IMG/VR virus record: IMGVR_UViG_3300005239_000040 | Coordinates: 1 to 38,130 of that record | Strand: one strand, 5' to 3' | Length of the DNA: 38,130 bases | Source of the DNA: a virus | Lineage: Duplodnaviria > Caudoviricetes | Shown: piece after piece, positions 28,241-37,900 of the stretch | How positions within the stretch are numbered: the first letter of the stretch is position 1 | Layout of the letters: each line of letters opens with the position of its first letter | Translations under genes and position numbers: made by a program | Notes under the pieces: generated by a model | The model's input: only the letters and a program-made list of their open reading frames with translations | Database searches by the model: none | What the model was told of the DNA's origin: nothing

Positions 28241-28900
28241 ATGGCTGAGTATGCTATATTAACAGCCGAACAAGGAACAGATACTACCTTTCAGGTTGAC
28301 GTGGTTGATGCAAATAGAAATCCCCGTGACTTGACAGGAATATCTGTTGCTGCTAAGTTTAGAAAGCAATATAATTCTAACGTAGTATATGAGTTCGAAG
28401 ATTCTGTGGCAACACCAGCAGCAGATGGAATTATTAATCTTCATTTAGATGCAGCATTTACTAATACGATTGATGCTGGAAGATACTTCTATGATGTAGA
28501 AATTACTACTGTTACAGATACTACAGAACGTATTGTAGAGGGCATCCTAGAGATTACCCCTGCTGTAACTCAATCAGCTAGAGCATTTAAAGCAAGTACA
28601 AGAAAAGTTCCTACACAGTTAGGTGAACTTACAGATGTAGTTGGAACTGCAACTGATGGGCAAATCTTAAAATACGATAGTGCAAACCAAAGATATGTTT
28701 TTGGGGCAACTTCTCAGATTGATTCTGGGCAAGTCCTATCTATTGCAGACTCGGACTATGTTAGAACGGTTTACTCTGCGGGTGCCGGAATCAATATTGA
28801 TAGTGTAGGAGTTATTACTGGCACAACAATAGTAAGTGATTCTGCTATAGAATCAGCATTAGCATCAGAAGCATTTCTTATTGACGGAGGAACATTTTAA
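28241..28900 (+). CDS. Virion structural protein (BppU-like N-terminal domain plus fibre-like tail)
   Basis: EQGTD..DLTG..A.FRKQY..T..IDAGRYFYDVEI..RIVEGILEITPAVT, then LGELTDV and a C-terminal IDGGTF. Confidence 0.7.
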   Translation: MAEYAILTAEQGTDTTFQVDVVDANRNPRDLTGISVAAKFRKQYNSNVVYEFEDSVATPAADGIINLHLDAAFTNTIDAGRYFYDVEITTVTDTTERIVEGILEITPAVTQSARAFKASTRKVPTQLGELTDVVGTATDGQILKYDSANQRYVFGATSQIDSGQVLSIADSDYVRTVYSAGAGINIDSVGVITGTTIVSDSAIESALASEAFLIDGGTF

Positions 28901-29352
28901 TGGCTAAAACAGTTTATGTCAAAAAAATCTCCTCTGGTATTCCTACTGGTGTATCATCAATTGGTGTTAGACAACTTAATGATGTTAACGATAGTGGGTT
29001 AAGTTCTACTAATAAATACTTACAATATAATGATTCAGCAAACAATTTTGTATTTGGACCTATAAATGATCTTGCTGCAACACTTGGACAATTAACAGAT
29101 GTTGATACAACTAATTTAAGTCCAACCAATAGATTTTTACAATATGATAGTGTCTCTGAAAACTTTATTTTTAATTCATTAGCAGATATCACTGTAGGCG
29201 TCAATAGTGTTAATGGTCTTACTGGGGATGTTATTTTAGAGTTATTAGACTCAGATGACATCAGAGCATTAGGACTAGATTCAGCAGAGGTCCAAGGTAT
29301 TGTAGAAGCAAATAGTGTCCAAGTTGATTCCATTGACGGGGGGTCATTCTAA
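28900..29352 (+). CDS. Small fibre-like structural protein with L..L.DV repeats
   Basis: Two repeats, QLNDVNDSGLSSTNKYLQYNDS and QLTDVDTTNLSPTNRFLQYDS, plus VNSVNGLTGDV and a C-terminal IDGGSF. Confidence 0.65.
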   Translation: MAKTVYVKKISSGIPTGVSSIGVRQLNDVNDSGLSSTNKYLQYNDSANNFVFGPINDLAATLGQLTDVDTTNLSPTNRFLQYDSVSENFIFNSLADITVGVNSVNGLTGDVILELLDSDDIRALGLDSAEVQGIVEANSVQVDSIDGGSF

Positions 29353-29356
29353 TCGT

Positions 29357-29364
29357 TATAAATA
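29357..29364 (+). promoter_or_regulatory. T4-type late promoter TATAAATA
   Basis: Exact consensus in the intergenic gap, 31 nt upstream of ATG 29396. Confidence 0.85.
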
Positions 29365-29395
29365 AATATAAATTCAAGTTTATCAAGGTTTAAAA

Positions 29396-31846
29396 ATGGC
29401 TATTATTAAACAGAAACGCAGTTCAGTAGCAGGCAATCGTCCTACCGATAGTGATCTAGTTCTTGGTGAACTTGCGATTAACACTCATGATGGTGTAATT
29501 TTCTTTGAGCAAAGTCGTGACGGTGAAGTCACTATCAAAGAGATTGATGGCACTAGTGCTGCTACAAACGTCTTTTATGTATCCAAGAACGGTGATGATA
29601 AAAACGATGGAACATCTCTTGCACGGTCCTTTAAAACCATTGACAGGGCATTAGAAATAGCATCTGTCAGAAGAGGTAATGCTCTACTGGACTCTGATGG
29701 TGCTGAAGGTTCAGAAATTGAGAATAAAACCAGAAGAGATTTAAACTTCTATGTAGGTGCCTCAAAGTATGATGTTGCTTTGGGGTCTTCTTTTAACCAA
29801 GTCTTCCAAGGTCGTGCCGGATCATACACTAAGGGTTTGACAGAAGTTCTGACTTCTCTGAGTAAAGCAAAAGACCTTACAAATGATCTTGCTGCGATTA
29901 GTGGCAATGCTACAATGCTATCTAGGGCAGATGGGTATTGGGATGAGTTAACCGATATTGTTCAGAATGGTAGAGACAATGCAGATGCATTAGTTGCTGG
30001 TTCATATCCAGTTCCGGTAGCTGGATACTATGATGCTACTGCTACTGCAAATGATGCAGCATACACCAGAGAACTTCTGTTAAGCAACAAAGTCTTTATT
30101 TCTGAAGAAGTTAATGAAAAGATTAAAGACTTATATCCTACTTTAAATTACGATCAAGTCAAGTGTAAAAGAGATATTAGATTTGCTGTAGAAGCACTTA
30201 CCTATGATGCAACGTATCTTGGTAATGCTGGTGCATATGACAATGCAGCATTCTTCTTCTTTTATGGTGACGGTGACCCACAAATTTCTGAGATTGAAAC
30301 TCCTGCTACTGCATATGCTTATGAGTATATGGGCAGCCTGCTTGCTGATATTCTTAGTGGAACTACAGTGGTCCTTTCTGGTCAGTCGGGAGACTACACA
30401 GCATTACAACAGACTGCTGCTAACTATCCGTCTACAACTAAAAGATCAGAGATGGTTACATCAGCAGAAATGATTGGTGCCGCAATTAAGAATGGATATG
30501 CGCACCTTACAACTAACTTTACCAGAATTACTCCAGATGCTGACAGTAGAGTAACTTGGACTACAGCAACTTTAGGAACACCTTCTAAATCTGCTTATGA
30601 TTCAATTACAACAAATACAACAACAATTGTTAATGGTGTAGTTACTCATATTGACCAGACATACCCATTACTGTTTGATATTGGTGATAGATACCAAGAT
30701 GTATTAGATGGTCCTGAGATTGCGTCTACTATCTATGTTAAGACTGGTGAGTATACAATCAATAACCCATTGATTATTCCAAAGAACGTATCACTGATTG
30801 GTGATAACCTTAAGAACACAAGTATCAGACCTAAGAACCTTACTTCTGATATGTTCTATGTTTATAACAACGCATATGTTTCAGACTTTACATTCCGAGA
30901 CCATTTGCAACCAGCAGCAGTATTTTCATGGAATCCGGCAGACTCTGCTGGCAATAACATCATTGTAAACTCTCCTTACATTAGAAACTGTACATCTATT
31001 ACAGGTCCAGACTTATCTAGAAATGATGATGGAACTTACAAGTATCCAGATAGTAGTGGTGAACCTGCTGCTGGTGGTGATGGTATTAGAAATGATGGCA
31101 ACCATGCTGGCGGTATTCGGTCTATGGTTGTAGACTCATTTACACAGATTAACCAAGGTGGTAAAGGTATTTACCTGAAGAACCAAGGTTACTGTCAGTT
31201 GGTATCAGTGTTTACAGTATATTGTTCTCATGGTTTCCTTGCAGAGAATGGTGGATTTGCTTCCATTACAAACTCAAACAGTTCATTCGGTAATATTGGG
31301 TTGAAAGCTACAGGGGTATCTCCTGCATTGTATGCAGGTAATGTTGATGGGCAACAGAATATTCTTGATAACAATATCACTCTAAAGAACCTTCCACAAA
31401 GACCAAACATTTCTGATGCTATTAAGTTTGGTGAAGACACTAACTATTTCACTGTAGATTCTGTATCTTACAATGAAGGCACAGGAACTGGTTCTATTAA
31501 ACTCCTAGAGACACCAACTATTGCCTTTACTGATAGTAGTTCAATTTCGTTCCATAGAAGAAGTGCCTTGTCTTCATCTGGTCACACGTTTGAGTGGATT
31601 GGAACAGGCACAGATATTAGAACATCTTTCCCATATCGTGGAGGTGTTCCAATTCAAGCAGACGAAGTAATCCAAGATTCTGATCGTGGTGGACTTTGCT
31701 TTGTTACAAGCACTGACCAGAAAGGTGACTTCAGAGTTGGTGAAAACTTTAGAATTCAAAGATCAACAGGCACTATTGAAGGCGATGCTTTTGATAGAAG
31801 TTTGTTTGCTCGTATTACACCATTCTCACTTGCACTAGAGGATTAA
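29396..31846 (+). CDS. Tail spike/fibre-like protein with parallel beta-helix (pectin-lyase-like) domain
   Basis: N-terminal IKQKRS..P..L..GELAINTHDG (Mtd/hyaluronidase-like), YVSKNGDD.NDG..FKTI..AL, TIYVKTGEY..P..IP.NVSLIGD, SPYIRNCTS and SMVVDSFTQ. Confidence 0.7.
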   Translation: MAIIKQKRSSVAGNRPTDSDLVLGELAINTHDGVIFFEQSRDGEVTIKEIDGTSAATNVFYVSKNGDDKNDGTSLARSFKTIDRALEIASVRRGNALLDSDGAEGSEIENKTRRDLNFYVGASKYDVALGSSFNQVFQGRAGSYTKGLTEVLTSLSKAKDLTNDLAAISGNATMLSRADGYWDELTDIVQNGRDNADALVAGSYPVPVAGYYDATATANDAAYTRELLLSNKVFISEEVNEKIKDLYPTLNYDQVKCKRDIRFAVEALTYDATYLGNAGAYDNAAFFFFYGDGDPQISEIETPATAYAYEYMGSLLADILSGTTVVLSGQSGDYTALQQTAANYPSTTKRSEMVTSAEMIGAAIKNGYAHLTTNFTRITPDADSRVTWTTATLGTPSKSAYDSITTNTTTIVNGVVTHIDQTYPLLFDIGDRYQDVLDGPEIASTIYVKTGEYTINNPLIIPKNVSLIGDNLKNTSIRPKNLTSDMFYVYNNAYVSDFTFRDHLQPAAVFSWNPADSAGNNIIVNSPYIRNCTSITGPDLSRNDDGTYKYPDSSGEPAAGGDGIRNDGNHAGGIRSMVVDSFTQINQGGKGIYLKNQGYCQLVSVFTVYCSHGFLAENGGFASITNSNSSFGNIGLKATGVSPALYAGNVDGQQNILDNNITLKNLPQRPNISDAIKFGEDTNYFTVDSVSYNEGTGTGSIKLLETPTIAFTDSSSISFHRRSALSSSGHTFEWIGTGTDIRTSFPYRGGVPIQADEVIQDSDRGGLCFVTSTDQKGDFRVGENFRIQRSTGTIEGDAFDRSLFARITPFSLALED

Positions 31847-31855
31847 GGAAAAACA

Positions 31856-32191
31856 ATGGCTGACCTAAACGTATTTCGTTCACTTACACATTCTGTCCAA
31901 GATAGTTCTACAGTTGCTTACACGGCACCTGAAGGGTATACAGGCATTATTCTATCTACTCAGGTAGCAAATGCATCTGATACTACATACTGGCTTAGTC
32001 TAACTATTCAGGATTCAGCATCTGCTCCTGCAAATGAGTTGCTATCACAATTTGATATTCCGGGGAGAGATGCTGTATCTGCTACTACTGGTAAAACAGT
32101 TGTAACTACTGGACAAATTTTAAAAATGCAATCCTCTGGGCAAAATAAACTTAAAGCTACTATCGGAATTTTGGAGTCGCTAAATGGCTAA
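31856..32191 (+). CDS. Small virion structural protein
   Basis: LNVFRS..YTAPEGYTGIILS.QVAN..GK.V..G..L, a small beta-sandwich type seen beside such spike genes. SD AAGGA upstream. Confidence 0.6.
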   Translation: MADLNVFRSLTHSVQDSSTVAYTAPEGYTGIILSTQVANASDTTYWLSLTIQDSASAPANELLSQFDIPGRDAVSATTGKTVVTTGQILKMQSSGQNKLKATIGILESLNG

Positions 32192-34931
32192 CTTAATAAG
32201 TAAAAAAGTAAAGAGTTCAAAATTACCCGATACTTTTTTCAGATTAGAAGACGTAGAACCTAGCCTTGGATTGCCCAATGATAGTAACTCTATTATTGTA
32301 TCAGTTACCAATGGCGACAGAACTTTTTATAAGTTAGACAGTGGGTTTAATTTTTATAACGATTCTGGTGCAAGAAGAATCGGTATAGACCTAAATCAAT
32401 TTGGTATTACTGATTTAAATAATGTAGACGATTCTGATGGACTTGGCAACACCATTGATGGTGGTAAACTGTTAGTGTTTAGTGCGTCAAGAAATGCATT
32501 TGTTCCAAGTGTAGGTGGTGTATCTCTCGACTCTAATGATGCTATCACTCTTAACGGTGAAGGTCCACTATACTACCTTGATGCTAGAAACCATAATAAT
32601 AATCAAATTGTATTTGACTCTAATTTTGGAGTAAGAGCTAGTAGCGATTCTGTTACTTTTAATACAAATCAATTCACTGTAAATAATAACATTAGTCTCA
32701 ATTCTGTTATTATCGGTGATTCATTGACTGTATATACTCTTATAAGAACATCTGGTGATGTTATTGCAGATGGTGATATTGTAGCAACATCACTTGGCAT
32801 TGACGGTTATGGTAGTTTTACTGGAAATGTAACAGCGTCAACTTTTACTGGTGATGGTTCCAACCTAACAAATTTAACAGCAGATAGTGCAATATTTGCA
32901 GACTTAGCTTCTGATTTAGAAAGTGCTGGGTTTAATACACTATTCTCTGACAAAACTACTACAGAACTTACAGAAGGTTCTAACCTTTACTATACTGAAT
33001 CTAGAGCAGACTCAAATATCACTAGATTTGCTACGGTAAATGATTTACAGTTCTCAGATAACCGCAAAGTAACTTTCGGTAATGATAGTGACCTTAAGAT
33101 TTTCCATAACGGGTCATCTAATGTGTATCAAGGTTCTTCTCATGTATTCCGTAATACTCACGGTAATGATGTAATCACAGTTGATAGTGACCATGCAGTT
33201 CTTAAATACAATGGTAGTTCAAAACTTACTGTAGTAGACTCTGGTGTTGAAGTAACAGGAAACATTTCTGCAACCAATATGAGTTTAACTGGTAACTTAA
33301 CAATTACTGGCACAACTACTACTGTAAATACTACAACACTTCAAGTGTCTGATCCACTTATTCAGTTTGCAGTAGGCAATGTAGCATCTGATATCGTAGA
33401 CATTGGTTTCTTTGGGCATTACTCTCCTGATGCTGGATCAACTAGAGAGCATACAGGTTTCTTTAGAGATGCTAACAATGGACAATACTACCTCTTTGGT
33501 AAATATCAAAGCACAGCACTAGACTCTGTAGTTCCTGCTACAACTGTAGACAGAACAGATGCTACATTTGGTCTTGCTGGACTTAATATTCAAGAATTGA
33601 CAGCAGACTCTGCTACAATCAGTGGTCCAATTAAATTCTCTAACGTATATTCTACGGAAGGTGCTTTACCAAGTGCAGCAACATATCATGGTATGTTTGC
33701 CCATGTCCATGCAACAGGTAAAGGTTACTTTGCGCATGGTGGTCAGTGGCATAAACTTCTGGATGAAACTTCTAGCACAACAGACAATCTACCAGAAGGC
33801 TCTACCAACTTCTATCATTCAGATGCAAGAGCAAGAAGTTCTGTAACTGCTTCTAATACTACAGGATTTGGTGGTCTCTCCTATGATAGTTCTACTGGTA
33901 TTTTCTTCCTTACTAGAGTAGATTCAGATGATGTTCTTTCAGTTTACTCTGCTGGTAACAACATTACAATCTCTCCAACGGGTGTTATTCAGGCATCTGG
34001 TGCACCACAGGCGGACAATGCAGCATTGCTGGATAGTTTAGATGCACTACAATTCTTAAGAAGTGATGTAGATGATGTTGTAGACTCTGGTGTGCAACTT
34101 ACATTTAAAGGTTCAGCAAAACTAGCATTTGGTGACTCTACTGGGCCCGCACACTTCCAATATAAGAGTGCTACTGGTAGAGTAAGATGGACTGGTGGTC
34201 TTGTAGATAACTTCAATGCTGATATGGTTGACAGTGTTCAAGCTTCCCAATTACTGAGAACTGATGTAACAAGCAGAAAAACTGCTGGTCAGTTAATTAT
34301 GGATGACAATACTCAGTTAATTTTGGGCACAGACTCTGACTTATTAATGTATCATAATGGTGCTGCTGCTGTATTCAGAAATAATACTGGTGACTTCCAT
34401 CTTCAGACAGGTGGGTTCTTAGTTAAGAACGTTACTGGCACTGAAACAATGATTGATGCAGAACCAAACTCTTTTGTAAAACTCTATTATGATAATGCTC
34501 CTAAACTTTCTACACAGACAGATGGTGCTAGGGTTACAGGAACACTTGAAGTAACAGATAAAGTCAAGTTTGTAAATGGGGCTAACACAACTGAAGTGTC
34601 TCCTACAGGAGTTTCAATTACATCTAATGCTCTGGCAGTAGTTGATACTTTTACTGCTGGAACTGGTAATGCTTCAACAGTAAAATATGACGTTAGAATT
34701 CATGATGCAAGCACAACACCTGATGAGACACAAATCAGTACTGTATTAGTAGCCTTTAATGGTGAATCTGATGTAGGATTTACTGAATTTGGTGTTGTCC
34801 ATACTGGTGATAGTGATATGGGTTTCCTGACAGCAGACGTTATTGGGAGTGGTCAAATTAGACTTCTCTTTGAAAGACGTAATGGCAGAGGCACTTTGGA
34901 AGTGAAAACAAATAAAACAATTATTAGCTAA
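32184..34931 (+). CDS. Long tail-fibre-like protein
   Basis: Fibre repeats FTGDGSNLTNL, GNLTITGTTTTVNTTTLQVSDPLI, TEGSNLYYT, FG.DSDL.I.H and VKLYYDNAPKL.T. Confidence 0.75.
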   Translation: MANLISKKVKSSKLPDTFFRLEDVEPSLGLPNDSNSIIVSVTNGDRTFYKLDSGFNFYNDSGARRIGIDLNQFGITDLNNVDDSDGLGNTIDGGKLLVFSASRNAFVPSVGGVSLDSNDAITLNGEGPLYYLDARNHNNNQIVFDSNFGVRASSDSVTFNTNQFTVNNNISLNSVIIGDSLTVYTLIRTSGDVIADGDIVATSLGIDGYGSFTGNVTASTFTGDGSNLTNLTADSAIFADLASDLESAGFNTLFSDKTTTELTEGSNLYYTESRADSNITRFATVNDLQFSDNRKVTFGNDSDLKIFHNGSSNVYQGSSHVFRNTHGNDVITVDSDHAVLKYNGSSKLTVVDSGVEVTGNISATNMSLTGNLTITGTTTTVNTTTLQVSDPLIQFAVGNVASDIVDIGFFGHYSPDAGSTREHTGFFRDANNGQYYLFGKYQSTALDSVVPATTVDRTDATFGLAGLNIQELTADSATISGPIKFSNVYSTEGALPSAATYHGMFAHVHATGKGYFAHGGQWHKLLDETSSTTDNLPEGSTNFYHSDARARSSVTASNTTGFGGLSYDSSTGIFFLTRVDSDDVLSVYSAGNNITISPTGVIQASGAPQADNAALLDSLDALQFLRSDVDDVVDSGVQLTFKGSAKLAFGDSTGPAHFQYKSATGRVRWTGGLVDNFNADMVDSVQASQLLRTDVTSRKTAGQLIMDDNTQLILGTDSDLLMYHNGAAAVFRNNTGDFHLQTGGFLVKNVTGTETMIDAEPNSFVKLYYDNAPKLSTQTDGARVTGTLEVTDKVKFVNGANTTEVSPTGVSITSNALAVVDTFTAGTGNASTVKYDVRIHDASTTPDETQISTVLVAFNGESDVGFTEFGVVHTGDSDMGFLTADVIGSGQIRLLFERRNGRGTLEVKTNKTIIS

Positions 34932-34946
34932 TAGGATATAGATTAA

Positions 34947-37900
34947 ATGGCTGATTCTGCTAAAGATTTTGTAGTAAAACAGAACCTAAGAGTTACTGGT
35001 AATATCGTCTCTGCTGGTGCAGGGTCGGTATTTACTGGTGATGGTGCGCAACTAGACAACGTTGATGCAGCTACTCTTGATGGGCAAAATGGTAGTTACT
35101 ATCGAGATGCTGATAACCTTGATACTGGCACAGTTAACAACTTAAGACTTCCTGCCACCATTACCAAAAACCTTACTGGTAATGTAACAGGTAATGTTGA
35201 TGCTACAAGTGGTTCTGGAACAGTAGATGCAGACTCAGGTAGATTTACAACTATCTCTGGCACTACAGCTTCATTTAATTCCTATAATGGTGTATATGGT
35301 AACTTTGATACATTTGATGAAGTCTTTGATAGTTCCTTGACTAGAAAGACTACTGATAATGTCACTGAAGGATCAACAAACCTTTATTATACTAGTATTA
35401 GATTTGATAGTAACTTTGGCACAAAATCTACTACAGACATTGGTGAAGGCACTAACCTCTACTACACTGAAGCCAGAGTTGATTCTGATATTACCACAAC
35501 AATCAACAAAGCATATGTAGATGCATTGAGTATTAATGCAGATCAAGTTGACGGTGTAGAAGCATCTGCCTTAGTAAGAAATGATCAAGACGGCACCATT
35601 GGTGCTAACATCCAATTCACTGACGGTAATGAGTTAAGAATTGGTACTGGTAACGATACCATTATTAAGCATACTGGGACACAAACTAAAATAAATCATA
35701 CTGGAACTGGTAACTTAGTATTCCAAGCTGATGAACAAACTAGATTAACTATTGAAGACGATAAGACAACTGTTTCGGGTAAACTTCACACTGATAGTGT
35801 AACTTCTACTGCTGTAATTGAAGGTTTTGATATTCGTGTAGATAATATGCTTGATATCTATGAATCTGCTACTGGTAGAATTGCTGGACACCTTGAAGGC
35901 ACTGGTGCTGAAGGATTGCAAATTCACTATCATTCTCAGATTGCTACAGAGGGTCTGAAAATTATTGCTCATGATAGTGATGAAGAGGCCGGCACTACGC
36001 AGATTCGATTGACCTTTAGTGATGGTATTTCTTTTGAAAACCAAAGACTAAAGTTAGTAACAGACCCTGTAAACAATCAGGATGTTGCAACAAAAGCATA
36101 TGTAGATAATACATCTCAAGGTCTGGTAGTTAAATCTGGTGTTAAAGCAGCAACTACTGTTGATCTTGCTAGTGTTGGTGGTATTGGCACAGTTACATAT
36201 AACAACACTGCTGGTCCTGACTCTGCTGTAGGGTCTGGATTTAGTTTCACAGGTGTATTGAACGCACTTGACGGACATACTTTTACCACTAATGATAGAG
36301 TGCTTGTTAAAGACCAGACAAATACCTTTGAGAACGGTATTTACAAATGGGTTAATAATACTACTCTGACAAGAGCGTTAGATGCTGACCAAGACAGTGA
36401 ACTTGGTGGTGGTGTATTCGTATTTGTTGAGAATGGAAGTGTTAACGCAAGTAACGGATATGTTACCTCTCACTCTGGTCTGACTAATGTAGGCACAGAT
36501 GCTATTCTTTGGACACAGTTCTCTGGTGCTGGATTTATTGAAGCTGGTGATGCTCTGGTAAAAACTGGTAACGTAATTGATCTAAACCTTTCTGATGGTG
36601 CTAGTGGCACATCTGGATTGAAAGTAGAAAGTGATCAACTTAAGATTAACTCAGGTTCAGGTTTACAGATTGTCTCTAACGTTCTTAAAGTACCTGATGA
36701 TGGTATTAAAGCAACTATGATTGACTTTGGTGTAGGTGCCAATCAAGTCAGCACAGATGATGTTACAGAGGGATCGTCAAGCTTATATCATACAACGGCA
36801 AGAGCAAGAGATGCTTTAAATGCTGGTGCAGGGCTTAGTTATGATTCTGCAAGTGGTGTAGTGTCTATCACTAATAATTTAGGTGCTAACGTAGGTGCTT
36901 TTGGTAGTTCAACTAGAATTCCAGTTGTCACTGTTACAGCAGAAGGATTGATTGATAGTATTGGAACAGCAGCAGTTGCTGGTGTAGACAGTGTAGGGTT
37001 TGATTCTAGCACTGGTGTTATTGAGGTAACACTTGGAGATGGTAGTATAAAGACTGCACCAATTGTATTAGATGCGTTTACTACAGCAAATCTTGCTGAG
37101 AATACTAATCTTTACTACACTGATGGTAGAGCTAACACTGCTATTGATGCTAGAGTTGATAGTGCCTTTGTATCACCATTTGCTAGAGCAGCAATTAGTG
37201 TTACTGGTGATGGCGTATCCTATGAGCAGGGTACAGGTGTAATCACTATTCAGACCTTAACCAACTCATTTAATGTAACACAGTCCAATCACGGATTGAG
37301 AGAAGGGCATGCAGTCTATGAAGATGATGTTGCAGGATGGGTAAAAGCATATGCTACAGATTCTGGTCATCAACTTGCCTCTCATGTTGTAGTAGACTTT
37401 GTAGACTCCAATACATTTGGAATTGCACAGAACGGTATCTTTACCCTTGGTGAAACTGGTAACGTAAGTCCTGCATTATCATTATCAGCAGGAGAATACT
37501 ACTATACAGGTAATGTAGACTCTGGTATTCCAATGTCTGTTCAGCCAGGAACTTCTGTTCAACCTCTATTCTATGCATTGTCTAGCACTAAAATTGAACT
37601 TAATGTAGAACATGCAATTAACGTGTTCTCTCCTGATGAACCTATCAATGTAAGTAGAACAACTGGCAACTTTACTGTTAGTGGTAATCTTAAGGTTGAG
37701 GGATTAGGTGTTCCAAGAGTTACAACATTGTCCAGTGGTGATACCTACTCATTTGATAGTGGTAACGTTGCAAAGATTGAATTCAATGCAGATGCATCTC
37801 TGGTCTTTGACAGTCCGGGAACAACATATGATGGTGCTGGATTTACTATCCTTGCCAAGAACACTCATGGTTCTAATGATTACAGATTAACCCTGACAAC

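Noticed and set aside
138-37890. Many short antisense or alternate-frame ORFs in the track (e.g. 851-1099 poly-Pro, 1811-2398, 8579-9139, 9979-10506)
   Set aside because: They lie opposite or within well-supported genes and are shadows of codon bias. The poly-Pro is the reverse reading of the poly-Gly in the tape measure.
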